Position numbers and translations under genes: made by a program. Positions 43,413 to 54,271 of a DNA stretch of 64,000 nucleotides are shown one piece after another (within the stretch, counting starts at the first letter, position 1; each line of letters begins with the position of its first letter). A model generated the notes under the pieces. That model was not told the DNA's origin and did no database searches. It was given only the letters and a program-made list of their open reading frames with translations. Source of the DNA: an uncultured Rivularia sp. (GTDB lineage: Bacteria > Cyanobacteriota > Cyanobacteriia > Cyanobacteriales > Nostocaceae); assembly GCA_963665115.1 (NCBI GenBank), contig OY762007.1, forward strand, positions 8,032,001 through 8,096,000, in the 5' to 3' direction.

Positions 43413-43557
43413 GTAGTAGCGCTTTAGCGCATCTTGTCGGAGAGGCTGAAGCGCTACTACTAATCAGAACATATCTACTTTGGGACATCCCTGTCCGCCT
43501 TGTAACTATAATCACAACCCAAAATAAAAGAGAGACGTAGCACTGCTACGTCTCTAC
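43413..43557. repeat. Cluster of REP-like palindromes
   Basis: gtagtagcgctttagcg..gctgaagcgctactac (43413-43460) and agagacgtagcactgctacgtctct (43531-43555). Confidence 0.8.
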
Positions 43558-43578
43558 ATTAGTTATCTGTTTTAGTTA

Positions 43579-44970
43579 TCACTTCGACTTCTGCAATTTC
43601 TCTTCACTAACCCAATCGCCATGAAAACCATAAGGTACTCGCTGCGGTATCAATACCCGCGCAACTGGCTCGGATGTCATATCCTGAGCATCAACAACAA
43701 CTAATTCCGATGTATCTTCGTTAGAGTCATACACGAAAGTCATTACCCAACCTTCATCTTCTCCATTCCCACGAGGTGCAAATACAGCTTCGCCACCATA
43801 ACGCCCTTTGCCGAATTCATGAGTTTGGGATTTACCGCTATTTAATTCATATTTAATTACACCTTCAAAACTAGGCATCGCACCTTGTCCCATTTTTCCA
43901 GCGTAACCGTAGCGGGTTGGTTGCCCTAAAAAGTTGTCGTTGACTCTAGGGAATTCTGATGCTGTATCATCTAACCTTTCTTCCCGCACGCTACCGTCTT
44001 TCATGTTAAATCTCCAACGGTGCATTCTGGGAATACTATCTTCGGCATCACTTTCAATATCTTCGGTGGCAAAAACGTTCGTGGAATTTACCCGACAACC
44101 CAAAAGTACTACTTCATCTCCATCTTCGTAAGCATTCAAAGTATGCCATACAAAACAAGCGGGTGTTTCAAACCAGCGTACATCATTATTCTCACCGTGA
44201 CGGGGCACAATCCCAAAACGGCTGGCTCTATCTTTTTCAAACATCATAGCGGGTTCGCCTTTTTGCATCCGCATCGGATTGAATGTCATCGGCAAATCCA
44301 TAAATATTGTATAGTTTGCGGTGATGGCGAAATCGTGCATCATTACTCCCATCGGTAATTCAATGGGTACGGTTTTCAAAAGTTCGCCTTCTGCTGAAAC
44401 TGTACTGTAGTGCAAGTATGGTGGAGCGAATGAATAGCCGAAGAACATCATTTCACCCGTTACCGGATCGACTTTCGGATGTGCTGTAAAGGCAGATTGT
44501 AGCTTGCCGCTGTAAGTATATTCACCGTTAGTGTCTAATTCTGGAAGCTTAATAGCATGAGGCGCACCTCCTTCCCAAAGCGCTAAAAATTTACCTGCGT
44601 GCCATACAAGAGCGGTATTCGCAACGTTTTTATATGGCCCGTGGGGATTATCCATTTGCGGCGGTTCTAATAAACCACTCCATACGACTTTACCTTCTTG
44701 ATGTTCGATTTGCCACCCTTTCGTCCGCACGTAACGATTGCGATAGCTGGCTTTACCATTAGAAATCCTTACACCGTGAAGCATTCCATCGCCATCAAAC
44801 CAATGATACTGCCCTTTGGGTTGCCATTGAGGATTGGGGCCATTTCGCACGAACATCCCTGATAAATCGGGGGGTAATTCTCCAATTATTTTTAATTCAT
44901 CAGTGGCGATTTCTTCACGCACTGGGGCAAAATTACTATCAAGAAAGGGATTTACTGCTGATGCTACCAT
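43579..44970 (-). CDS. Carotenoid oxygenase (RPE65) family dioxygenase
   Basis: RNGPNP, HWFDGDGM, four Fe-binding His motifs (TAHPK, MMHDF, VWHTLN, YGFHG), EDEGW. Confidence 0.9.
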   Translation of the reverse strand: MVASAVNPFLDSNFAPVREEIATDELKIIGELPPDLSGMFVRNGPNPQWQPKGQYHWFDGDGMLHGVRISNGKASYRNRYVRTKGWQIEHQEGKVVWSGLLEPPQMDNPHGPYKNVANTALVWHAGKFLALWEGGAPHAIKLPELDTNGEYTYSGKLQSAFTAHPKVDPVTGEMMFFGYSFAPPYLHYSTVSAEGELLKTVPIELPMGVMMHDFAITANYTIFMDLPMTFNPMRMQKGEPAMMFEKDRASRFGIVPRHGENNDVRWFETPACFVWHTLNAYEDGDEVVLLGCRVNSTNVFATEDIESDAEDSIPRMHRWRFNMKDGSVREERLDDTASEFPRVNDNFLGQPTRYGYAGKMGQGAMPSFEGVIKYELNSGKSQTHEFGKGRYGGEAVFAPRGNGEDEGWVMTFVYDSNEDTSELVVVDAQDMTSEPVARVLIPQRVPYGFHGDWVSEEKLQKSK

Positions 44971-45211
44971 TATTTTAGGTTAAAGATTAAAGGTTAAAGT
45001 TTAATCTATTTTAAGTTTTAGATTTTGGATTCTGGATTTACCCAAGGGATGAATTTTGAGTTTTAAGAATTAGTTTTAAAAATTTAGGCTGTGCCATTGA
45101 GAAACCCGGCTTTTTCAAAAAACCGGGTTTATTAATGATTATGCATGATTTTAGAGTGCTGTGGTACCTCCATTATTAATGAGGTAGGTGCAGAGCTTTC
45201 TTGAAGTACTT

Positions 45212-45358
45212 TTACTCTGCCTCTTTTAAAGGAATAGTAGCTTCAGAAAGATTGTTTGATTTGCTTTTAACTGCAAAAACGCTATATATTATTTTGGGAA
45301 ACACAATGCAGATAACAGTACTGACAACAGTTAATAGAAGACCATCTGTTAAACTCAT
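45212..45358 (-). CDS. Small single-TM protein (48 aa), below ORF-track cutoff
   Basis: MSLTDGLLLTVVSTVICIVFPKIIYSVFAVKSKSNNLSEATIPLKEAE*; GGAG about 8 nt upstream. Confidence 0.6.
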   Translation of the reverse strand: MSLTDGLLLTVVSTVICIVFPKIIYSVFAVKSKSNNLSEATIPLKEAE

Positions 45359-45833
45359 CTTGAACTCTCCGTTTTCTGAAAAAACTTCTATATTCTATTG
45401 TGAGACAAAATCCAAATAATTAAATCAGTACAGGCTTTTAATTATCTTCGGGTTTATATAATTAGCTTTTAATCTTTATCTCGGATTCGACACTTGTTAA
45501 TTATATGCTCTACGGTGATTCTATTTTTCGATTATCACCTACGGAAGCGGCAATAACTTGTTTTTTATCTAAAATACTTTTATTCCCAAGGTTAGTTTGC
45601 CTGTTTCAGAAAAATAAATATAATATAGCTTTTGGATCAATTTCTGCATTAAAAATTATATTCCATCAATTTACATTCATATAACTCAATTTTTATAGAT
45701 ATAAATTTACATTTATGCGGGAAATCAATCTGGCTTTAGATTGAGGCGGTTGTATCTATAATAGTTGTCTCTTTTTGCCAAATGAAGGAATATACTTTCA
45801 TATATAAATTATTGACTATAAAGTGTGCCTATC

Positions 45834-47819
45834 ATGTCTAAAACCTATAGTACAAATAATCAATTTCCTCAGCTTACACGAAAAGACGAGGAAAATATAA
45901 AAAGCGCGGTTGATTACTCAAAGGTGGATTCGCTACCGGAAATTTGGGCGATCGCAGCAAGTCACTTCGGCGATACAACTGCTCTGCATAATCCCCATGC
46001 TAAACCTAAGCAGGAAATATTTACTTATAGAGAACTTTTTAATCAAATTCAACAGTTTGCGGCTGGTTTACAGGCATTGGGAGTCAAGCCGCAAGGACGT
46101 GTTTCGCTAATTGCTGACAATAGTCCTCGCTGGTTTATTGCCGACCAAGGTATCATGACTGCTGGGGCTGTCAATGCGGTACGCAGTTCTCAATCGGATG
46201 TTGATGAGTTGGCGTATATTCTGGCGAATAGCGAGAGTACGGTATTGGTAGCGCAAGATTTAGCAACTTTTGAGAAATTGCGCCCTCGTTTAGATGATTT
46301 ACCAATTGAACTAGTAATTTTGCTAACTGAAGAATCAGCACGCAGTAAAGAAGGGATCGAGGTGTTGAATTTCAAGCAGTTAATGGAAGTTGGTGCAAAA
46401 CATAATTTAGAACCAGTTAAAGCAAAGCGCGATACTTTAGCTACTTTACTTTATACTTCCGGTACTTCAGGAAAGCCCAAAGGTGTGATGCTTTCTCACG
46501 GAAATTTGCTGCATCAAGTCACGAATTTACGGGCTATTGTTCAACCGGAACCAGGAGACGTTGTTTTAAGTATTCTTCCTACCTGGCACGTACTGGAACG
46601 CACTGGTGAGTATTTGCTGCTTTCTCAAGGTTGCACCCAAATTTATACAAATTTGCGCTCGATAAAAAATGATTTGAAAAAGCACAAACCCCATTACATG
46701 GTGGCGGTACCGCGTATTTTGGAATCAGTTTACGAAGGGGTACAAAAACAGTTTCGCGAACAACCTGCTTCTAAACAAAACTTGATTAATCGGTTTTTGG
46801 GTATTAGCGGCAAGTATATTAAAGCCCGACGAATTAGCCAAAATTTAGACTTAGAAAACATTAATCCCTCAATGGGAAAACAAATCGCGGCCAGTATTCA
46901 AGAAAAAGCCCTTTCACCGCTACACGCTTTGGCTGGAAAAATAGTTTATGGCAAAGTGAAGGAAGCTACGGGGGGAAGAATCAAACAGTTTATTTGTGGT
47001 GGTGGTGCATTAGCCAAGCATATAGATGATTTTTACGAGATTATTGGGATAGAAATCTTGGTTGGTTACGGCTTAACGGAAACTTCTCCGGTTACTCATG
47101 CACGTCGTTATTGGAGTAATTTACGGGGTTCTTCGGGGTTGGGGATACCGGGTACCCAAGTGAAAATTGTCGATTTAGAAACTCGTAAAGAATTACCAAC
47201 TGGGGAAAAGGGTTTAGTATTGCTCAAAGGGCCGCAAATCATGCAGGGCTATTATAAAAACCCAGAAGCCACAGAAAAAGCCATTGATGCAGAAGGCTGG
47301 TTTAATAGCGGTGATTTGGGTTGGGTAACTCCCCGTCAGGATATAGTTTTAACCGGACGAGCAAAAGACACTATCGTATTAACCAACGGGGAAAACATCG
47401 AACCCCTTCCCATCGAAGACGCTTGTTTAAGGTCCCAATTTATCGACCAGATAATGCTTGTAGGACAAGACAAAAAAAGCCTTGGTGCTTTCATTGTCCC
47501 GAATTTAGAAGCATTAGAAAAATGGGCAGAAGCGCAAAACGTGGAATTATGTGTTAAAGAAGACAATGTTACGACATCTACCAGCCAAATAATCAATCTT
47601 GAGAGTAAAATGATCCAGGATTTGTTTCGGCAAGAATTGGTTAGGGAAGTACGAAATCGTCCGGGATATCGCCCGGATGACCGTATCGGACCATTTCAAC
47701 TGATTCTAGAACCGTTTTCTATGGAAAATGGCATGATGACACGAACTCTCAAAGTCAAAAGACACATTGTGATGGAGCGCTATCACGATACGATCGAGCG
47801 AATGTTTGCCGCTAACTAG
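45834..47819 (+). CDS. aas: Acyl-ACP synthetase / long-chain fatty acid ligase
   Basis: YTSGTSGKPKG, GYGLTETSP, WFNSGDLG, GRAKDTIVLTNGENIEP; followed by ylqD-like gene. Confidence 0.9.
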   Translation: MSKTYSTNNQFPQLTRKDEENIKSAVDYSKVDSLPEIWAIAASHFGDTTALHNPHAKPKQEIFTYRELFNQIQQFAAGLQALGVKPQGRVSLIADNSPRWFIADQGIMTAGAVNAVRSSQSDVDELAYILANSESTVLVAQDLATFEKLRPRLDDLPIELVILLTEESARSKEGIEVLNFKQLMEVGAKHNLEPVKAKRDTLATLLYTSGTSGKPKGVMLSHGNLLHQVTNLRAIVQPEPGDVVLSILPTWHVLERTGEYLLLSQGCTQIYTNLRSIKNDLKKHKPHYMVAVPRILESVYEGVQKQFREQPASKQNLINRFLGISGKYIKARRISQNLDLENINPSMGKQIAASIQEKALSPLHALAGKIVYGKVKEATGGRIKQFICGGGALAKHIDDFYEIIGIEILVGYGLTETSPVTHARRYWSNLRGSSGLGIPGTQVKIVDLETRKELPTGEKGLVLLKGPQIMQGYYKNPEATEKAIDAEGWFNSGDLGWVTPRQDIVLTGRAKDTIVLTNGENIEPLPIEDACLRSQFIDQIMLVGQDKKSLGAFIVPNLEALEKWAEAQNVELCVKEDNVTTSTSQIINLESKMIQDLFRQELVREVRNRPGYRPDDRIGPFQLILEPFSMENGMMTRTLKVKRHIVMERYHDTIERMFAAN

Positions 47820-47862
47820 TTCACTTGTTTATTGAATTCAAAAGGAAAAAAAAGATATTTCT

Positions 47863-48312
47863 ATGGACATCTCAAATCCTCAATTGCTGCTAAAGCGCGT
47901 TATTAACGTTAAAGCCATCGTCACATCTCTATGGAAAGAGGAAGTAACGCAGCAACTACAAGGGCAAATCAATCAAACCGATCAGCAGCTACAGCAAATT
48001 GATGTCCAAGGGCAGCGTGCAATTACCGAAATTCAAAAGCAAGGTTTGCAACCCCCCGGACCTCAAACTCTACAGCAAATTGAGAACATCCAAGTTCAGG
48101 TAAATGAGAAAAAAAGCGAGATGCTAGAGCAGAAAAACCAAAGCCTGCAAAATCTCCAACAAGTACAAATGCTTGAATTGGATCAAGAAGTTAATCAATT
48201 TCAATTGGAAGGCTTCTTTCGAGCAGAACAAGGCGATAACCTGATAAGTAAAATGCAGGTCGAAATTGTTCTGCGCGATGGCGTTATCGAAGAAATTCGC
48301 GGCGACATTTAA
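47863..48312 (+). CDS. YlqD family protein
   Basis: LLKRVINVKAIVT..WKEE, Gln-rich coiled coil, GDNLISKMQVEIVLRDGVIEEIR. Confidence 0.8.
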   Translation: MDISNPQLLLKRVINVKAIVTSLWKEEVTQQLQGQINQTDQQLQQIDVQGQRAITEIQKQGLQPPGPQTLQQIENIQVQVNEKKSEMLEQKNQSLQNLQQVQMLELDQEVNQFQLEGFFRAEQGDNLISKMQVEIVLRDGVIEEIRGDI

Positions 48313-48401
48313 AACATCATGAAGAATTCTCAATTCACAATTGTGAATTGAGAATTCTTCATTTTTATGAAAAAGCAAGCTTCTCACTTACTACAAAAAA
48401 A

Positions 48402-48926
48402 TTAACGACAGGTGGCGCTTGTTGTTGCCGTACCTGTTGTACCTCTCAAACATTGCTCGTAAGTACCAGCCCATACAATTTGCCACAAAGGAGGCGAGGT
48501 TACAAATAACGAACGCCCAAAGCTTGTAAGTTCAACTTTATATTTCACTGGCTTTGGCTTTGATGATGCAAGGTTAGTTTGAGTGATTATTACCATTGCT
48601 CGATCTGGTTGAGGATAAATTACCTCCACTTTACGATTCGATCCCTTCGATTGAGTTGTATCAAAAGCATTTATTGCCAGGGCAGCAGGATCGCTCCCTC
48701 TAAGTACCGTTCTAAATCGAGTTAGTGGTATTGACTTATACTTACTTCTCGATGGTGTTGTTGCAAGCTTTTGACTTGAGGTGTGCTTTGCTTGAATTTG
48801 CTGTTGCTGTTCGGGGGTATACGACGTATTTGAATGCCATTGTTTAATCTTGTAAACTCCAGCGACAACAGCGGTGGCAAAGGTACTCAGTGTAAATACC
48901 AGAAAAAATTTCAACTTTGCCGACAT
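48402..48926 (-). CDS. Hypothetical exported protein
   Basis: N-terminal hydrophobic segment; C-terminal WQIVWAG..QC.RG. Confidence 0.65.
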   Translation of the reverse strand: MSAKLKFFLVFTLSTFATAVVAGVYKIKQWHSNTSYTPEQQQQIQAKHTSSQKLATTPSRSKYKSIPLTRFRTVLRGSDPAALAINAFDTTQSKGSNRKVEVIYPQPDRAMVIITQTNLASSKPKPVKYKVELTSFGRSLFVTSPPLWQIVWAGTYEQCLRGTTGTATTSATCR

Positions 48927-49417
48927 AACATTTTAAGAGAAATTTAAAGAGTTTGTTTTTATTTATCCATCATAAATTTTAAATCTAGACATGACTCCTT
49001 ACTTCATGCTTTAAGTGGAATTTCCGAATTTTTTTTTAAAAAAAGGATAAAAAGGTTTAAGTATAAGGAAATTAGTAGAGAGTAGGGAGTAGGGAGTAGG
49101 GAGTAGGGAGTAAGGAGAGGGGGAAGAGGGGGGAGACAAGGGGACAAGGAGATTAAGAGGACTCCGGAAACAACTTTTATTCCATCATCATTCTTTACTC
49201 ACTACTTTCTACTTTCTACTTTCTACTCCCAATCCCCCATGCCCAATCCCCAATTACCAATTACCCATTACCTACTTAAAGATTGCTTAGTACGCATAAA
49301 TACAGATTGATCTATCAGTGTAGTTCTAAAATAGTTCGTCGCGTCCGCGCTCGCGATACAATGCAATCTGGAAAAAACTATTAAAGTCCATAAATTATTA
49401 ATTCGCTTTCTTTTCTT

Positions 49418-50744
49418 ATGAGTATTCACGAAATTTTTATGCCCGCGCTGAGTTCTACAATGACCGAAGGTAAGATTGTCTCTTGGGAGAAATCCCCTGG
49501 GGACAAAGTTGAGAAAGGCGAAACGGTTGTAGTGGTTGAATCGGATAAAGCAGATATGGATGTGGAATCCTTCTATGAAGGATACATGGCACATATTGTA
49601 GTAGAAGCTGGAAACAGCGCTCCTGTAGGTTCGGCGATCGCCTTTTTAGCGGAAACTGAAGCTGAAATTGAAACAGTACGCGAAAAAGCTAAATCTCAAA
49701 GTGCAGCACCTGCGAAAACTGAAGTAGCTGCTGCAACAGCCCCCGGACAAACAGCAGCACAACCTGCAACTGCAACAGCTTCAACAAACGGCACAGTTCA
49801 AAATGGCTCGGCGGCACGTGGGAGTGGTAGAAAAATTGCTTCACCCCGCGCTCGTAAATTAGCCAAAGAATTTAAAGTTGATTTAAGCGGTATTACAGGT
49901 AGCGGCCCCTCACGGTCGTATTATTGCTGAAGACGTGGAAACAGCCGCTGGTAAGTCTAGTGGTAAATCTTCTACACCTCAAACGGCTCAGCCAGCAACT
50001 GCACCTGCCCATAGCAGCCCCAAAGTTACGCCTGCGGCGACACCTACACCCATGCCAGTTGCGGCAACTCCAGGTCAAACGGTACCTTTGACTACCTTGC
50101 AAAATGCCGTAGTACGGGCTATGAATCATAGCTTGTCCGTACCGACATACCACGTAGGTTATTCGATTACTACCGACGAGTTAAACAAACTTTACAAACA
50201 AATCAAATCTAAAGGTGTGACAATGACAGCGCTACTAGCCAAAGCGGTAGCAATGACATTACAGAAACACCCTTTGTTAAATACCAATTATACAGAACAG
50301 GGAATGGTGCATCCTGCTAATATTAACGTTGCTGTAGCAGTAGCAATGGATGATGGAGGATTAATCACACCAGTATTGCAAAATGCAGACCAGCAGGATA
50401 TTTACAGCTTATCGCGTAACTGGAAATCCTTAGTAGAACGCGCTAGAGCAAAACAATTGCAGCCAGAAGAATACAGTAGCGGTACTTTTACCATATCTAA
50501 TTTAGGTATGTTTGGTGTCGATACATTCGATGCGATATTGCCACCAGGGCAAGGTTCGATATTGGCGATCGCCGCATCTCGTCCGGAAGTAGTAGCCACT
50601 CCCGACGGCATGATGGGTGTACGTACTAAGATGAAAGTTAACATCACCTGCGACCATAGAGTTATTTACGGTGCCCATGCAGCCGCATTCCTCAAAGATT
50701 TAGCAAACTTGATTGAAACCAATGCTCAATCTTTGACGATGTAA
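49418..50744 (+). CDS. pdhC: Pyruvate dehydrogenase E2 dihydrolipoamide acetyltransferase (split by +1 frameshift at C4 run 49906-49909)
   Basis: MPALSSTMTEG, lipoyl ESDKA, ASPRARKLA, TISNLGM, DHRVIYGA; removing one C restores GSGPHGRIIAEDV. Confidence 0.95.
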
Positions 50745-51018
50745 TTAGATTGGGAATGGGGCATTAAGATAGTTCATGGGGTTAGGAGTGAAGAGTAGAA
50801 AGTAGTGAGTAGTAAGTAGGGAGTAGAGAGTAATTATTTTCTCCTTGTCTCCCCATCTCCCCCTCTTCCCCCTCTTCCCCCTCTTCCCCCTCTCCCCCCT
50901 CCATGCCTAATGCCCAATTCCCCATTTTCAATCTTAAAATTAAACTTACCTCGGCGGAATAGTTACCTGCATTGCTGTAGGATACTTAGGAATTAAGACA
51001 AGGAGGGGAGAGTTAAGT

Positions 51019-52047
51019 ATGTTTAAATATAAACTTTTATCAATTGATGGTGGTGGTATTCGCGGTATTATTCCGGCGATAATTCTTAAGGAAATCGAAA
51101 AGCGGACTCAAAAGCGAATTTGGGAATTGTTCGATCTAATTGCTGGAACTTCAACTGGAGGTTTTTTGGCAATGATTTTAACTATACCGAATCCCAATAA
51201 TCCAAATACTGCTCGGTACAGTATGGAAGAGATTATTAATATGTACCGAGAAGATGGAAAAAATATCTTCCATGAGCCATTTTTAGAAAGTTTGACAGAA
51301 GTTGATGATTTATTAAGACCAAAGTATTCTTCTGAAGGTAGACAAAGGGTTGCTGAAAAATACTTTAAAGATACTCCTCTTAAGGATGCATTAACGAATG
51401 TTTTTATAACTAGTTACGATATAGAGTTGCGGATACCCGTATTTTTCATCAATAATCCTAGATTCCAAAGACATACAGGAACTAGTTTCCGTAAGCTTTG
51501 CACTGATTACAAGATGATAGAAGCAGCAATGGCGACTTCCGCTGCTCCAACTTTTTTTAAACCTTATAAATTAACAATGCGGGGTTGCGATGATGCTGAT
51601 TATTATGCTCTAGTAGATGGCGCAATGTTTGCGAATAATCCTACAGCCTTAGCAATTGTAGAAGCGATTATCTATTCGCAGAATCATAACAAAGAAATAG
51701 GTTTAAAAGATATTTTAGTAACTTCTTTAGGAACGGGTTCTCTAACTCGAAAATTTCCTTACGACCAAGCAGTCAATTGGGGTAAACTGCAATGGTTACA
51801 GCCATTAATCAATATTTTCCTTGATGGTGCGAGCGAAGTAGCAAATTATCAATTAAGACAGTTATTACCGGATGCCCAAAATATCCATAAACAATATTAT
51901 CGCTTTCAAAAAGAATTGACTGAAGCAAACGATGATTTGGATAATACAACTGAAGAAAACATCGAATTGCTAGAAAAGGTTGCATATACAATTATTCAAG
52001 AGCAAAGTAGAGAATTTGACAAATTGTGCGAGGAACTTTTAGCTTAA
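51019..52047 (+). CDS. Patatin-like phospholipase
   Basis: DGGGIRG, GTSTG, TSAAPTFF, VDGA..ANNP, SLGTG; strong AGGAGG RBS. Confidence 0.9.
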   Translation: MFKYKLLSIDGGGIRGIIPAIILKEIEKRTQKRIWELFDLIAGTSTGGFLAMILTIPNPNNPNTARYSMEEIINMYREDGKNIFHEPFLESLTEVDDLLRPKYSSEGRQRVAEKYFKDTPLKDALTNVFITSYDIELRIPVFFINNPRFQRHTGTSFRKLCTDYKMIEAAMATSAAPTFFKPYKLTMRGCDDADYYALVDGAMFANNPTALAIVEAIIYSQNHNKEIGLKDILVTSLGTGSLTRKFPYDQAVNWGKLQWLQPLINIFLDGASEVANYQLRQLLPDAQNIHKQYYRFQKELTEANDDLDNTTEENIELLEKVAYTIIQEQSREFDKLCEELLA

Positions 52048-52365
52048 TCTGTAGCTTGTAGGTTGGGTTAGACACGACAAGCAATTTAATATCGTGACGA
52101 AAATCTATCAAATCTTGTCGTAACCCAACATGATTATTTTCAAATAAATCAAAAGTGTATGTATTTCTCGTTCCCTATTCCCTTTCACACTCCAGACATA
52201 TTACTTTAGACTGAGATGTATTTGCGAATAAATTCCTTTTGGGTGACGGATTTTAACAACAAACAACGTTAACCTACACTACTAGTGACTGGCTGCTACT
52301 GTTTATTTTAAGACGGTAACAAGCTTTATCTATATATAGTTAACTAACTTTTCTGTTACCAGCTT

Positions 52366-52824
52366 ATGAAATTAGAGAGTGATAGCTTTTCTGCTGATGG
52401 ATTAATTCCACCTGAATTTACCTGCGATGGTGAAGCAATTTCCCCGTCTTTGAAATGGGATGAACCCCCTCGTGAAGCCCAAAGTCTTGCATTAATTGTT
52501 GACGATCCAGATGCCCCTGGTAAGACTTTTGTTCACTGGGTTCTTTACGATATACCAGTGCAAACTCGTTATATACCGGAAGGAATAGCTGCCGATGCAA
52601 TGTTAGATGGTAGCGGTATTCACGGTACAAACGATTACGAGCAATTTGGTTATGGCGCTCCATGTCCCCCTGATGGAACCCATCGTTATTATTTCAAGCT
52701 GTATGCTTTAGACATATCTTTAGGTTTAGCCGCAGGTGCGAGTAAGAAAGATGTAGAAGCGGCGATGGAAGGACATATAGTTTCTCAAGCGGAATTAATC
52801 GGACGCTACCAACGACAGAAGTAA
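52366..52824 (+). CDS. YbhB/YbcL (PEBP/Raf kinase inhibitor-like) protein
   Basis: TCDGE.ISP.L.W, DDPDAP, FVHWV, YGAPCPP, HRYYFKLYALD. Confidence 0.9.
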   Translation: MKLESDSFSADGLIPPEFTCDGEAISPSLKWDEPPREAQSLALIVDDPDAPGKTFVHWVLYDIPVQTRYIPEGIAADAMLDGSGIHGTNDYEQFGYGAPCPPDGTHRYYFKLYALDISLGLAAGASKKDVEAAMEGHIVSQAELIGRYQRQK

Positions 52825-52883
52825 CGTAAGAATTTTGTGTTTAAGTTTTTTAAGTTGTTATTGAAGGAATAAAAGGAAATATT

Positions 52884-53276
52884 ATGGCTACAGCACAATC
52901 TTCGGATAATATACCCGACGAATATAAGAAAGATTTGAATCCCCATGAAGGTGCGGGTTTGAATCACGGGCTTGACGGTGAAAATCCTGAGAAAGCAGGT
53001 TTAAATGCTTACGATATTAAGGAACTGCACGAAAAGCTCAAAGATTTTACCAACGATGAATTAAGGCAGATTGTAATCATCCCTCACGGTAGTCGATTGG
53101 CACAGACTGCAACTTATATCGATCTCAACGATCCAAAAAGAGAAGAATTTACCGCGATGGGTGCGATAGAAGCAGATCCAGAGAATTACTACGTTCCTAA
53201 ATCAGATGTCGGTTATCAACTGTGGAATAAATTGATTGGTGTGGAAAATTCCGAACGCACTGGTGAAGGGAATTAG
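52884..53276 (+). CDS. Hypothetical acidic protein
   Basis: AAGGA RBS; AYDIKELH, FTNDELRQI, GSRL.Q.ATYIDL, YYVPK, YQLWNKL. Confidence 0.75.
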   Translation: MATAQSSDNIPDEYKKDLNPHEGAGLNHGLDGENPEKAGLNAYDIKELHEKLKDFTNDELRQIVIIPHGSRLAQTATYIDLNDPKREEFTAMGAIEADPENYYVPKSDVGYQLWNKLIGVENSERTGEGN

Positions 53277-53459
53277 GAATTAGGGAATTGGGCATTGGGA
53301 ATTGGGCATTGGGAATAGAAAACTGTAAAAGAAACCGGGTTTCTAGTCGTAAAAACATTATTTTTGGGTTAGCGATTCATAAGAAATCCGGTTTATAGTC
53401 GAGGCACAATATATGGCTTTAATTTAAAATTAAAATTATAGTTATTTCTAGCGCGGCTT

Positions 53460-54246
53460 ATGTCTTCTCCGTTTCCAGGAATGAACCCATATTTAGAAAA
53501 TCCTGAATTATGGTCGGAAGTACATCATCGGTTGATTACAGCTATTGCAATCGCCATTGCTCCACCAATTCGCCCTAAGTATCGAGTAGCTATCGAAAAA
53601 AGAACATATTTAGGTGATGTTGAAGATTCGGTTTTGGTGGGAATTCCAGATGTAGCTGTAACAACTAAAACAAAAACTTCTACTCAGAATAAAACAACAA
53701 CCGCAACTTTACCTGCTCAAGGAGAATCGGTAACTGTAAAACTTCCAGTCCCCGGAAGAAAAGAAGGAAGCTTATTTAGAAATTAGAGAAGTAGCAACTG
53801 GGTATGTAGTAACAACTATTGAAGTTCTTTCCCCTACTAATAAACGTACCGGAAAAGGACGAGATGCTTACGAAGAAAAGCGTCGAGATGTATTAAGCAC
53901 TCCTACACATTTAGTAGAAATTGACTTGCTTCGTGCTGGGAACCCGATGCAAATTCTTAGCGAAATTCCTAAAACGGATTATCGTATCTTAGTTGCTCGT
54001 GGAAATCGTCGTCCCTTAGCGGAAGTGTTCGGATTTAATCTTCAACAACAAATCCCTCAATTTTTGCTTCCTCTCAAATCTGAAGATAACGAACCTTTGG
54101 TAGACTTACAAAGTTTGTTAGCGCAGGTTTACGAACAAGCAGGTTTTGATTTAGCAATCGATTACAATATTGAACCAGTACCGGCGTTTAAATCTGAAGA
54201 TAAAATTTGGGCTGATACTTTGTTGAAAGAGAAAGGTTTGCGTTGA
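53460..54246 (+). CDS. DUF4058 family protein (split by +1 frameshift at C4 run 53750-53753)
   Basis: MSSPFPGMNPYLE, WSEVH, IPDV; removing one C gives EAYLEIRE..IEVLSPTNK..HLVEIDLLRAG. Confidence 0.85.
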
Positions 54247-54271
54247 TTCTTATCAACTTTGGATAATCAAG

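Noticed and set aside
43501..43516. NtcA site TGTA-N8-CACA
   Set aside because: One mismatch, sits among REP repeats, no correctly spaced -10 box toward a gene
51019..53276. CBASS operon (CapV-like patatin)
   Set aside because: No CD-NTase or Cap2/Cap3-like gene; neighbours are a PEBP protein and a hypothetical
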